A DNA stretch of 64,000 bases from positions 160,001 through 224,000 of the forward strand of contig CAVXVB010000009.1 of NCBI GenBank assembly GCA_963765205.1. The letters are read 5' to 3'. The notes beneath the pieces were generated by a model. That model did no database searches. It had not been told where the DNA came from and was given only the letters and a program-made list of their open reading frames with translations. A program made the position numbers and the translations under genes. The DNA comes from an uncultured Verrucomicrobiae bacterium (GTDB taxonomy: Bacteria > Verrucomicrobiota > Verrucomicrobiia > Opitutales > JABDGR01). This document shows, one piece after another, positions 40,401 to 49,538 of the stretch (position 1 is the stretch's first letter; the number at the start of each line of letters is the position of its first letter).

Positions 40401-43400
40401 ACCGGCTTGACGAACATTACGGCGGGCACGCTGCTGTTGACGGTCAATAATGCGATTGCCAACGGCAGCAACGTCACGGTCAACGGCACCACTGCGGAGT
40501 TGGACTTGGGCAGCACCACGGACACCGTCGGCATTGTTACCCTCCAAAACGGCGGCCTCATCAACGGCACGAGCAGTTCGGCCCTGAATAGCACGACCGC
40601 CTTCGATCTGATGAACGGCACCGTCACGGCCGTTCTCACCGGCACCTCCCCTGTGAATAAAACCACTGGTGCCACGGTGACGCTTTCTGCCGTCAATACC
40701 TATACCGGCTTGACGAACATCACGGCGGGTACGCTGTTGTTGACCGTGAATAACGCCATTGCCAACGGCAGCAACGTCACGGTCAACGGCACGACGGCGG
40801 AGTTGGACCTCGGCAGTCAGGCCGACACCGTGGGCGTCGTCACCCTGCAAAATGGCGGCCTCATCAACGGTACCGCCAGCTCCAATCTGACCAGCACGAC
40901 CGCCTTCGATCTGATGAACGGCACGGTCACGGCGGTTCTGGAGGGCAGCGGCATTCCCTTGAACAAAACCACCAACGCCACCGTGACCCTGTCCGCCGCG
41001 AACACTTACACCGGGCTGACCAACATTTCGGCTGGCACGCTGTTGCTGACCGTGAATAACGCGATCGCCAACGGCAGCAACGTCACGGTTAACGGCACGA
41101 CGGCGGAGTTGGACCTCGGCAGCCAAGTCGACACGGTGGGGATCGTCACCCTGCAAAACGGCGGCTTGATCAACGGCACCTCCAGCTCGAATCTAACCAG
41201 CACGACCGAATTCGATGTGATGAGCGGCAATGTTACCGCCGTCCTGGCGGGCAGCGGCATTCCCTTGAACAAGACGACCAATGGCACGGTGATTCTTTCC
41301 GGATCGAACACGTACACGGGCAACACCACGGTGACGGCGGGCACGCTCCAGGAAAGCGCGACGGGCTTCATTTCGGACAGCAGCAATCTCACCGTCAACG
41401 GCACCACTGCAGTCTTCGAACTCGGGGCCAACCACAGCGACACGGTGGGAATTGTGACGCTCGACGGCAATGGCACCATTGACGGCAACGGCACCTCGGC
41501 GCTGACCAGCACGACCGAATATGAAATGATGAATGGCACGGTTAACGCCATTATCGCCAGTGGCGGCAGTGTGCCTTTGAACAAGTTCACCAACGGCACG
41601 GTGACGCTCACGGCCACGAACACTTACACCGGCCTGACCAACATCACGGCGGGCACGCTCTTTTTGAGCACCACCGGCTCGATTGCGAGCGGCAGCAACG
41701 TGACGATCAACGGCACCACGGCGGCCCTCGACCTCGGCGCCAACCACTCGCTCGACACCGTCGGAAACGTGATCCTCGAGGGCGACGGCTTCATTAACGG
41801 CTCCGGCAGTTCGGCCCTGAGCAGCACGACTGGCTTTCAAGTGATGAACGGAACCGTCAATGCCATCCTCTCCGACGACGGTCCAGTGCCCTTGAACAAG
41901 ACGACCACCGCCACGGTCACGCTGTCGGGCATTAACACTTACACCGGCTTGACCAACATTACCGCCGGCACGCTGTTGTTAAGCAGCACCGGCTCGATTG
42001 CGAGCGGCAGCAACGTGACGATTAACGGCACCACAGCGGTGTTGGACCTCGGGGCCAATCATACGCTCGATACAGTCGGAATCGTGACCTTGCAAAACGG
42101 TGGCTTCATCAATGGCACGGGCGGTTCGGATCTCAGCAGCACGACGGCCTTCAATCTCATGAACGGCACGGTCAACGCCATTTTGGCGGGCAATGGCAGC
42201 ATCCCGTTAAACAAAACGACCACGGCGACCGTGACGCTTTCCGGCGTGAACACCTACACCGGGTTGACCAACATCACGGCGGGCACACTGCTGTTGAGCA
42301 GCACCGGCTCGATTGCCAATGGCAGTAATGTGACGGTCAACGGCACGGCTACCTTGGACCTCGGGGCCAACCACACGACCGACACGGTGGGAATCGTCAC
42401 TCTTCAAAACGGCGGGTTTATCAACGGCACGGGCAGTTCCGCACTCAGCAGCACGACGAGCTTCGAGTTGATGAACGGCACGGTCAACGCCATCTTGGCG
42501 GGCAGCGGCATTCCGCTCGATAAGACCACCACCGCCACGGTGACGCTGAACGGCATCAACACTTATACGGGACAGACCAACATCACGGCGGGCACGCTGC
42601 TGTTGGGTAGCACCGGCTCGATTGCCAATGGCAGCAACGTGACGGTCAATGGCACGGCGACGTTGGATCTCGGCGCCAACCATACGACCGACACGGTCGG
42701 AATCGTCACCCTCCAAAATGGCGGCTTTATCAATGGCACGGGCAGTTCGGCGTTGGGTAGCACCACCGAATTCGACCTGATGAACGGCACGGTCAACGCC
42801 ATCCTGACCGGCAATGCCATCCCTTTGAATAAGACCACCACCGCGACAGTGACGCTCTCCGGCATCAATACCTATACCGGTCTCACCAACATCACGGCGG
42901 GCACACTGTTCCTGAGCAGCACCGGGTCGATTGCGAACGGCAGCAACGTAACAGTCAACGGCACGGCGACCTTGGATCTCGGGGCCAATCACACCACGGA
43001 CACGGTTGGTGTTGTCACCCTCCAAAACGGCGGGTTCATCAACGGCACGGGCAGTTCGGCGCTCAGCAGCACGACCAGCTTCGAGTTGATGAACGGCACG
43101 GTCAACGCCATCCTCACCGGTAATGCCATCCCGCTGGACAAGACGACCACCGCCACAGTAACGCTTTCCGGCGTCAATACTTACACGGGCCTGACCAACA
43201 TCACCGCCGGCACGCTGTTGTTGAGCAGCACCGGTTCGATCGCCAACGGCAGCAACGTGACCGTCAACGGTTCGAACGCGACCTTCAGCCTCGGCGCCAA
43301 CCACACCACGGACACGGTGGGGATCGTCACCCTTGAGAACGGTGGCTTTATCAATGGCACGGGCAGTTCGGCGCTCGCCAGCACGACCGCCTTCAACCTC

Positions 43401-46229
43401 ATGAATGGGACGGTTAACGCCATCCTGACGGGTAGTTCGCCCGTGAACAAGACGACTACGGCCACGGTGACGCTGTCCGGCGTGAACACCTACACCGGCC
43501 TTACCAACATCACCGCCGGTACTCTATTGTTAAGCTCGACCGGTTCGATTGCCAACGGCAGCAACGTGACGGTCAACGGCACGGCGACGTTGGACCTCGG
43601 CGCCAACCACACCACGGACACGGTGGGGAATGTGACGCTGGAAGGTGGCGGCTTTATCAATGGCACGGGCAGCTCGGCGTTGAGCAGCACAACGGGCTTT
43701 CAACTGATGAACGGCACGGTCAACGCCATCCTGTCCGGCAATGCCATTCCGTTGAATGTGACAGGCAATGCCACGGTAACGCTGTCTGGCGTGAACACCT
43801 ACACCGGGCTAACCAACATCCAGGCGGGTACACTGTTGTTGAGCAGCACCGGCTCGATTGCGAACGGCAGCAACGTCACCATCAACGGCACGACGGCGGT
43901 GCTCAACCTGGGCGCCAACCACACCACCGACACCGTGGGCATTGTGACACTTAATGGCGGCGGCTTCATCAATGGCACGGGCAGCTCGGCGCTGGCCAGC
44001 ACGACCAGCTTCCAACTGATGAACGGCACGGTCAACGCCATCCTCGCCGGCAGCTCGAACTTGACCAAGTCTTCCTCCGGTACGGTGATGCTTAACGGCG
44101 CCAACACTTACACCGGGCCGACCAACATCACAGCAGGCACGTTGGTGCTCAACGGCACGCTGGCTGCCAGCCAGGTGGTCACGGTCTCCTCGGGCGCCCA
44201 ACTGACGGTCAATAGCAACAACACCATCGCGACGCTCAACACCAATGGTCTCATCGCCGGCACCAGCACCCTGACGGCCAACACCTATAACTTGAACAAC
44301 GGTGCCCAGATTAACACCACCCTCGGCGCGGGCAACATCCTCAGCAACGGCAACGTCGGCATCAATGCCCACCTGTTGAGCACCAACATTTCCATCGCCA
44401 CCGGGGCGATGACCTTGGAGGGGGATGATTTGCTCAACCATGCCGCGGCGGTGAACATCACCACCGGCGCGAGCCTGGTGCTGGGCAATGGCAACGCAAC
44501 CATCACCACCCTGTCCGGCGGCGGCAACGTCACCCAGAATGACTTCAACCTCAATGTGCTCAGCGGTGGCTCCTACACTGGCACGGCCAACAGCACCGGC
44601 TCCTTGAACTTGAACAGCACGAGCAATCTGACGCTTGGCAACACCAGCAATTCCACCTTCTCGAACGGCACCAACGTGGACTCCGGCAACTTGATTGTGA
44701 ATGGCACTTTGACGACGCCCAACGTGACGGTCAATCCGGGTGGCCTGTTGGCTGGCAGCGGCAACATCAATGGCAATGTCATCCAGAATGGCGGAACCGT
44801 CTCACCGAGCGACCCATCCATCATGCACGTCTCCGGCAATTACACGATCAACAGCGGCACCCTGCTGATTCAAATCGGCGGCACGGCTGGGCCGGGGGTC
44901 AATCCGAACGGCAACGACCAGGTGCAAGTCGGGGGCAACACGTATATTAACCCGGTCGGCACCGTACTCGATCTGGAGCCGTTCAACGGCTTCACCAGTC
45001 CGGCCCGCGGCAACATCTTCACGTTTATCAGCGGTGCTCCGGGGTCTATCAGCGGTCAATTTGGCAGCATCATTGATTCGAATTTCACCACCGCTTTCGT
45101 GATTGACCTGGCCACCGGCCAGGCGATCTCCACCGGTCTGCCGACGGGCTCGAGTCCCGCCAGCGCCTTCCCCGGTGCGACGGCCAACCAACTCGCCATG
45201 CTCAACCAACTGAATGTGTCCGGTAATCAATTTGCGGGCGGCGATCTCATGTCCTTGCTCCTGACCAACCCGGCCAGCGCGGACGCCCAGATTTTCAACC
45301 AGGCTTCCCCCGAAGCCTATGCCGGAGTGACGGACTATGCGCTGTATACGACGCGGTCTTTCCTGGACACCGCCATGGGCCTCGCGCCGTTGGCCAGTTC
45401 GGGCCGGTTCGCCGTGTTTGCGGGCTACGTTGATCTTGACCCCGGTTCGGACAGCTCGTCCGACCAGGCTGATTACACGATCAATAGCAGTGGCGCCGTC
45501 GCCGGTGTCCGTTTCGATCTCGGTAACAAATTTACGGTGGGGGCTTACACGGGTTATGATTCCGGATCCGTGGAATCCACCTATCTTAACACCAGTGTCA
45601 GTGGCAATGTCTACGGTGTGTTTGGGACTTTTGACCCGCTGGCCAGCCACCGGTTGTTGTTCACCGCCAGCATGTCTTATGGCGATTACACCACTCATGG
45701 CACGCGCACGACGTTTTCCGGAGTCTCCTCCATTCCCGATTTCGATTCGAATGATTACCTGGGCGATGTGAATGTGCAATACACGGCCATCCAGCAGCCC
45801 AAATACTCCATCGTGCCGGAACTCGGGCTGGCTTACAGCAGCGCCTCGGTGAATAACGTCACGGAAACCAATAACGCCGATGTCTTCCAGACCCTGCATG
45901 TCAACGGGCTGGACACCCCCAGCTTCCGCCTCGAAGGCAAGGTGAATGGCATTTACGATGTCACGACCAAGTTCAGTGTTAGTGGCAGCTTTGGCGTGAG
46001 CCACGATTTCGAAACGACCTCGCGCGACATCACTGCCAACGTGGTCGGCGAACCCACTTCGTTCACCGTGCAAGCGCCCGGCATGGGCGACACGGACTAC
46101 GACCTGGGCCTCGGCTTGCACTACGACGTGACCAAGCAACTGTCCCTGCACGCCAACTACGAAGCCGGCTTCTCCCCCCAGGCGAAAATGTCCAACACCA
46201 TTTCCGTCGGCGCGTCGTTCTCGTTCTAA
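37476..46229 (+). CDS. Giant autotransporter/adhesin (2917 aa) with autotransporter-associated beta-strand repeats
   Basis: Signal peptide, Gly-rich N-terminus, 16 (N/D)TYTGxTxxxxGxL motifs, C-terminal beta-barrel ending GASFSF. Confidence 0.92.
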   Translation: MNSSLVLHRLACWKTAGKNLLLGAALLLPVLARAQVPVQTGGSMSVNGGGGVINGDGQSGYFVQAGSLSISNATLANFNSTGGNGSGGGAGLGGALFINNGGTVTLNNVNFISDTAQGGAGGVGNVGGSLNNLFNNGTVPAPAASGTTPTQISFTDIGGTTGTVGLNGAINSSGVGGAGGMGGNGGAGGTMSTTLILSVTTASLALAADVAAAVADYADPFTWPRTIGDTLILAADAVDLANQVTALTDFDQSLADGQIGLGGPGGNGGSGGIGSDFNGGGAGGAGGTGGAGGYNWSGSAFQGGAAGGPGGPGGAGGLGGFGAGGGVGGAGGVGGTGANFTGSPAMPATPAVTMNETTPNSYTLGYIDPTTGNFTNIQTGLSSEGSISGNVTLNNLTITNSSVVSASGQSVTAGDGGNYTLQNGTVVQQYYVFIPSVTSTIITTPAMPAIPATGPGQADNGANGTGGAGGLSSFGGGTGAAGASPGNLSLGGNGGNADGGAIFLRAGGSLTITGNAVFDNNQLIGGQGQAAVAGSVLAGSAGTTAGTDLFMMTGSNVTLNPGPGNVIVFDGSSEGSAIADDSAANGPSTIPAGQGAGLTVASGLVIFNGVDTYTGETKILGGVLQAQDDSGIDFESRINLAGGQLQSNGNFTRYLGTSSTDVEFTASGGFAAAGGNLTVTLGNGQTPNLTWGQGNFVPLGSDLLFGSTSADSTVFFENNINLGGATDTILVTDNGNFTDPAQIDGNISNGNLTVNDASHDGILILNGTNTYTGDTDIYNGTLRLGINGSIASGSNLTVDGATATFDLGGNHSDTVGTVTLEGGGNITGTGTSALTSTTAFNLMSGTVTAILAGSGIPLNKTTGGLVTLDSVNTYTGATTISDGTLALAVNNAIANGSSVTVTGTSSELDLGNTTDTVGTVTLESGGLINGTSNSALSSTTAFDLMNGTVTAVLAGTSPLNKTTGDTVTLSAVNTYTGLTNITAGTLLLTVNNAIANGSNVTVNGTTAELDLGSTTDTVGIVTLQNGGLINGTSSSALNSTTAFDLMNGTVTAVLTGTSPVNKTTGATVTLSAVNTYTGLTNITAGTLLLTVNNAIANGSNVTVNGTTAELDLGSQADTVGVVTLQNGGLINGTASSNLTSTTAFDLMNGTVTAVLEGSGIPLNKTTNATVTLSAANTYTGLTNISAGTLLLTVNNAIANGSNVTVNGTTAELDLGSQVDTVGIVTLQNGGLINGTSSSNLTSTTEFDVMSGNVTAVLAGSGIPLNKTTNGTVILSGSNTYTGNTTVTAGTLQESATGFISDSSNLTVNGTTAVFELGANHSDTVGIVTLDGNGTIDGNGTSALTSTTEYEMMNGTVNAIIASGGSVPLNKFTNGTVTLTATNTYTGLTNITAGTLFLSTTGSIASGSNVTINGTTAALDLGANHSLDTVGNVILEGDGFINGSGSSALSSTTGFQVMNGTVNAILSDDGPVPLNKTTTATVTLSGINTYTGLTNITAGTLLLSSTGSIASGSNVTINGTTAVLDLGANHTLDTVGIVTLQNGGFINGTGGSDLSSTTAFNLMNGTVNAILAGNGSIPLNKTTTATVTLSGVNTYTGLTNITAGTLLLSSTGSIANGSNVTVNGTATLDLGANHTTDTVGIVTLQNGGFINGTGSSALSSTTSFELMNGTVNAILAGSGIPLDKTTTATVTLNGINTYTGQTNITAGTLLLGSTGSIANGSNVTVNGTATLDLGANHTTDTVGIVTLQNGGFINGTGSSALGSTTEFDLMNGTVNAILTGNAIPLNKTTTATVTLSGINTYTGLTNITAGTLFLSSTGSIANGSNVTVNGTATLDLGANHTTDTVGVVTLQNGGFINGTGSSALSSTTSFELMNGTVNAILTGNAIPLDKTTTATVTLSGVNTYTGLTNITAGTLLLSSTGSIANGSNVTVNGSNATFSLGANHTTDTVGIVTLENGGFINGTGSSALASTTAFNLMNGTVNAILTGSSPVNKTTTATVTLSGVNTYTGLTNITAGTLLLSSTGSIANGSNVTVNGTATLDLGANHTTDTVGNVTLEGGGFINGTGSSALSSTTGFQLMNGTVNAILSGNAIPLNVTGNATVTLSGVNTYTGLTNIQAGTLLLSSTGSIANGSNVTINGTTAVLNLGANHTTDTVGIVTLNGGGFINGTGSSALASTTSFQLMNGTVNAILAGSSNLTKSSSGTVMLNGANTYTGPTNITAGTLVLNGTLAASQVVTVSSGAQLTVNSNNTIATLNTNGLIAGTSTLTANTYNLNNGAQINTTLGAGNILSNGNVGINAHLLSTNISIATGAMTLEGDDLLNHAAAVNITTGASLVLGNGNATITTLSGGGNVTQNDFNLNVLSGGSYTGTANSTGSLNLNSTSNLTLGNTSNSTFSNGTNVDSGNLIVNGTLTTPNVTVNPGGLLAGSGNINGNVIQNGGTVSPSDPSIMHVSGNYTINSGTLLIQIGGTAGPGVNPNGNDQVQVGGNTYINPVGTVLDLEPFNGFTSPARGNIFTFISGAPGSISGQFGSIIDSNFTTAFVIDLATGQAISTGLPTGSSPASAFPGATANQLAMLNQLNVSGNQFAGGDLMSLLLTNPASADAQIFNQASPEAYAGVTDYALYTTRSFLDTAMGLAPLASSGRFAVFAGYVDLDPGSDSSSDQADYTINSSGAVAGVRFDLGNKFTVGAYTGYDSGSVESTYLNTSVSGNVYGVFGTFDPLASHRLLFTASMSYGDYTTHGTRTTFSGVSSIPDFDSNDYLGDVNVQYTAIQQPKYSIVPELGLAYSSASVNNVTETNNADVFQTLHVNGLDTPSFRLEGKVNGIYDVTTKFSVSGSFGVSHDFETTSRDITANVVGEPTSFTVQAPGMGDTDYDLGLGLHYDVTKQLSLHANYEAGFSPQAKMSNTISVGASFSF
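39770..44150 (+). repeat. Intragenic tandem repeat, about 14 units of about 300-315 bp
   Basis: Unit NTYTGLTNITAGTLLL...IANGSNVTVNG...LDLG...DTVGIVTLQNGG.INGT..S.L.STT.F.LMNGTV.A.L..G..PLNKTT..TVTLS. Confidence 0.9.
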
Positions 46230-46324
46230 ATCCGGCGGGGTTGACGCGCCTTGGTCTCCCGCCGCGTGCTATCGAACAGCGTGCGGTGGCAGATCAAGCA
46301 CGCTCGAATCCGGCTGGTTTCTTT

Positions 46325-47271
46325 TCAGCCCATCTTTTGCATCGTGGGTGGCCGGCGAAATTGCCAGACCATGAGGCACATGAAGAACAGGCCGAAACTG
46401 GGGATAAAAACAGCAGCTGGCCAATAACCGAAGCGATGGTAAATGGAAAAAACGGGTTTGAGCATAAAAACGGGGGCCTTATGTTTTGCTAATTGATTCA
46501 GGCCAATAACGGTTATTATTGAAAGATACAAAATTGAGAAAAAGAACAAAAAATTACCGAACGTGGAAAGCGCGGTCGAGGTTTGGTTGTTTGTGTCCCG
46601 GAAAAATTCTCCGGCTTTGGCGTAAATGTCTCCGCCCGCTTCATGGCCTCGGCAACCTGCTCGGGCGCCAAATGGCCGGCATGTTTTTGCAGCTCTTGCG
46701 GCAAGTTTTTGGTAAAGGACAAGCAATGCCACTTGTAGGCTTCAACCGAATCCGCTTGCACCCCGTTGCCACTTTCATAAAGCGCGGCGAGCAAATATTT
46801 TCCAAGGTCATTGCCTTGCTCGGCGGATCGGCGATACCATTTAAAAGCTTCAACGGCGTCCGTCGGCACGCCTTTGCCATTTTGGTGCATATAACCAAGG
46901 GCGGCCTGCGCGAAGGAACCTCCTTTTTCAGCCCCTTCGCGCCAGAAGTTGACCGCCTTGGCATCCTCCATCAGAAACCAACCCCTTCTCTCGAAGAGAC
47001 CAAGCATATTCCAGAGGCACCATGGCAACAAGGGGGCTATAATTACGCCGGCCAGTATGCTGATGACGCATACCACTATAACGGCTATGCTGCGCCAACC
47101 AGCCTGGCCCTCACTACCTGCCAAAACAAACTCGCGACCGAGCACGAAGCTAAAACTCAGCAGGGCAGCGGGGATCAACAGGGTTAGTAAATGGAAAAAG
47201 GTGACTTTTCGGTAGGTTTGGGTGAGCGCCAGTTCTTGAAACAACTGATTGAGACTGCTGCTTTTAAACAA
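46325..47271 (-). CDS. Membrane protein with Sel1-like repeats; probable frameshift near 46615 separating a hydrophobic C-terminus
   Basis: AQAALGYMHQNGKGVPTDAVEAFKWYRRSAEQG, YESGNGVQADSVEAYKW; alternate frame continues with TM helices to 46325. Confidence 0.7.
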
Positions 47272-47474
47272 TCTCAGGCGTGCCAGACACAGGGCACGAT
47301 AAAGAGTGGCCGAATCTTCCGGGCTTTTGCGGAACTTGGCCGAATATGGCGGCCACCTTGGCAGTGCAATCCCGCCTATGACTTTGGATTCAGGATTTAT
47401 TTTTAGGGTGAAGAATTGGTGAATGCCTCAGCAACGTGATGGGGTAAAACAGTGGATGACGATCCAAACCCATT

Positions 47475-48527
47475 CTACCGCTGCTGTTCCCGGTTTTCAG
47501 GGATGCCGGGTTCGTCGAGCAACTGGATGACGGTGGCGGGGCCGAGGTCGGCCGGGGGCGTCCACGAGCGCAACGCCCAGACGACTTTTTTATCCGGGGT
47601 GACTTCGAGCACCTGCACCGTGGTCGGCCATTTATTGGGGGCCTTGGCGCCCTTGGCGTCCACCACCGCGTTGGGGCACCAGTTGCTCATCACCGTGTTG
47701 CCGTTGGCCAGGCGGTTCGCCTCCTGCATGCAGAACAGCGTGATGTCGGGCACGTCCTTTTGATTGAACTCCCACACGGTTTCGCCCTTGGGGTTGACCT
47801 CGCGCACGAATGAATTATGGCTGGCGATCAAGGTGTTGCCATTATCGAGCCGCACCGCGTCCCACGGAATCGGCACGGCAACGGACCAGATTTGCTTCCC
47901 GTTCGTGTCGAATTCCACAACCTTGTCCTGGTCATGGCACGCGGCGAGAAACGTGCCCGCCTTCGTCATTTGCACCCGTCGGAACTGGGTGTGGACGGTC
48001 TTGGGGTCGCCATTGGTCGGCAGCTCGAATTCCTTCTCCGTTTGGCCGGTCACGATATTGATGATCCGCAGCGTCGCCGGAATCCCGTTTTGCACGATCA
48101 TGACCCGGTCGAGGCCGATGGGTTGCGCGATGTGGACCTCGAAGCCCTTGGGCGCGTCGTAATTCCAGATGAGTTTTTTATCTGGCGTCACTTCGCCCGC
48201 GCCGGTCTTGCGCGCGAACACGACATTGCCGTTCGAGAGCAGGGTCGCGTCGCTCAATTCCTGGAGGGTCTTCGATTGGTCGTAAGTGGGAATGTCATAC
48301 GACCAGACCACTTTGCCGCCGCGGACAATGAACATGGTTTGCACCGGCTTGGGGAAATTATATTGCCCAGTGTAGAAAAACGGATGCTGGTTCAGCCCAT
48401 TGCCGGGCAACACGGTGGGCGAATACGAATCGGGGACGGCAGGCGGCGTCGTGGCGCAGCCGCCCGAGAGAACCGCCGCGCCAAGCGCAGCACAACGAAT
48501 GAAGCCAAGAGGGCGGGGTAGTTTCAT
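47475..48527 (-). CDS. Beta-propeller lipoprotein (PQQ-like/arylsulfotransferase-like repeats)
   Basis: LSGGC lipobox; repeated DAxRLxNGNTxx...EVxPxxKxVW blades. Confidence 0.75.
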   Translation of the reverse strand: MKLPRPLGFIRCAALGAAVLSGGCATTPPAVPDSYSPTVLPGNGLNQHPFFYTGQYNFPKPVQTMFIVRGGKVVWSYDIPTYDQSKTLQELSDATLLSNGNVVFARKTGAGEVTPDKKLIWNYDAPKGFEVHIAQPIGLDRVMIVQNGIPATLRIINIVTGQTEKEFELPTNGDPKTVHTQFRRVQMTKAGTFLAACHDQDKVVEFDTNGKQIWSVAVPIPWDAVRLDNGNTLIASHNSFVREVNPKGETVWEFNQKDVPDITLFCMQEANRLANGNTVMSNWCPNAVVDAKGAKAPNKWPTTVQVLEVTPDKKVVWALRSWTPPADLGPATVIQLLDEPGIPENREQQR

Positions 48528-48549
48528 AATCGGGGTCGGGGTGATTTGC

Positions 48550-49497
48550 CTAAGGTGTGGCCGACGACGCGCTAGAAGGCGAGACGGGCCTTTTATCGCT
48601 GAGAAACCCGCTGGCCTTGAGCCAGTTGATCATCAATTCTGGCCATTCGCCGAGCAATGGGTCACCGGGGGACATGCTGGTGCCGTGCTCGCCATAATTA
48701 TAGAAGTGAACTTCCGTCGGGACACCGGCGGCACGCAGCGCGTTCCACGCGCCAACTTCGGCATTGAGATGGCTGCTGTCCTCGAGGGTGTTGAACATGA
48801 AGGTCGGCGGCGCACTGGCCGGGTCGCGCGGGGTGCGCCCGCCGTAAATCAAAGCGAGAAAATCTGGCCGGGTGGAGAAGCGGTCGAGCGGGTCGGCCGC
48901 CGCCGGGTCGCCGGCCACCACGCCGTTGTAGAAGGCGTCGCCCTCCAGTTCCGCGCCGGCGGAAAAGCCGATCGTGCCTACACGGTCAACGAAGATTTTA
49001 AAATCGGAGGCATGGGCGCGCACGTAGCGGATGGCGCGGTTGGCATCCAGCACGGAGATATTGTTCCGGTAATTGGGCTGGATGCGGTAGCGCAGGACAA
49101 AGCCGGCAATGCCGTGCGCATTGAGAAACCGGGCGATCTGGACGCCTTCGTGATCGGCCACGCGGTTGGTGAAAGCGCCACCGGGGAGAATGAGAAAAGC
49201 CGCGCCGGTGTTTTTGTCCGCGGGGGCGGGAAAGCAATAGATGGCGGGTTTGTCCTCGTCGGTAAAGTTGCCGCTGGCGTCGGGCACCGCGCCCGGCGCG
49301 CCGTCGGGCCAAAGGAGAACCGGCTCGGGAATGCCCGGCACGGGGTTGGGCGTGTTTTTGACCTGCTCAGCGTAGATGGCTTGCGCCTCGGCGCTGCCGG
49401 GGGCGGCGCGCCCTTGCGCGAAAGAACTTCCCGTCAGGGCGAGAAAAGTGCCCAGCACCACGGCCGCGCTGGAAAAATTGGGCAAACGGGAATTCAT
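48550..49497 (-). CDS. Alpha/beta hydrolase (carbohydrate esterase-like), intact catalytic motifs
   Basis: LWPDGAPGA, ILPGGAF oxyanion loop, GFSAG nucleophile, GEHG histidine motif. Confidence 0.88.
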   Translation of the reverse strand: MNSRLPNFSSAAVVLGTFLALTGSSFAQGRAAPGSAEAQAIYAEQVKNTPNPVPGIPEPVLLWPDGAPGAVPDASGNFTDEDKPAIYCFPAPADKNTGAAFLILPGGAFTNRVADHEGVQIARFLNAHGIAGFVLRYRIQPNYRNNISVLDANRAIRYVRAHASDFKIFVDRVGTIGFSAGAELEGDAFYNGVVAGDPAAADPLDRFSTRPDFLALIYGGRTPRDPASAPPTFMFNTLEDSSHLNAEVGAWNALRAAGVPTEVHFYNYGEHGTSMSPGDPLLGEWPELMINWLKASGFLSDKRPVSPSSASSATP

Positions 49498-49538
49498 GGC
49501 CGGGAAATGGGGTTGGGGGAGGTTTGGGCGCAATCGCG

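Noticed and set aside
39770..44150. Regularly spaced repeats as a possible CRISPR array or DGR template/variable pair
   Set aside because: Repeats are in-frame coding units of about 300 bp with third-position variation; no spacers, cas genes, reverse transcriptase or adenine-specific variation
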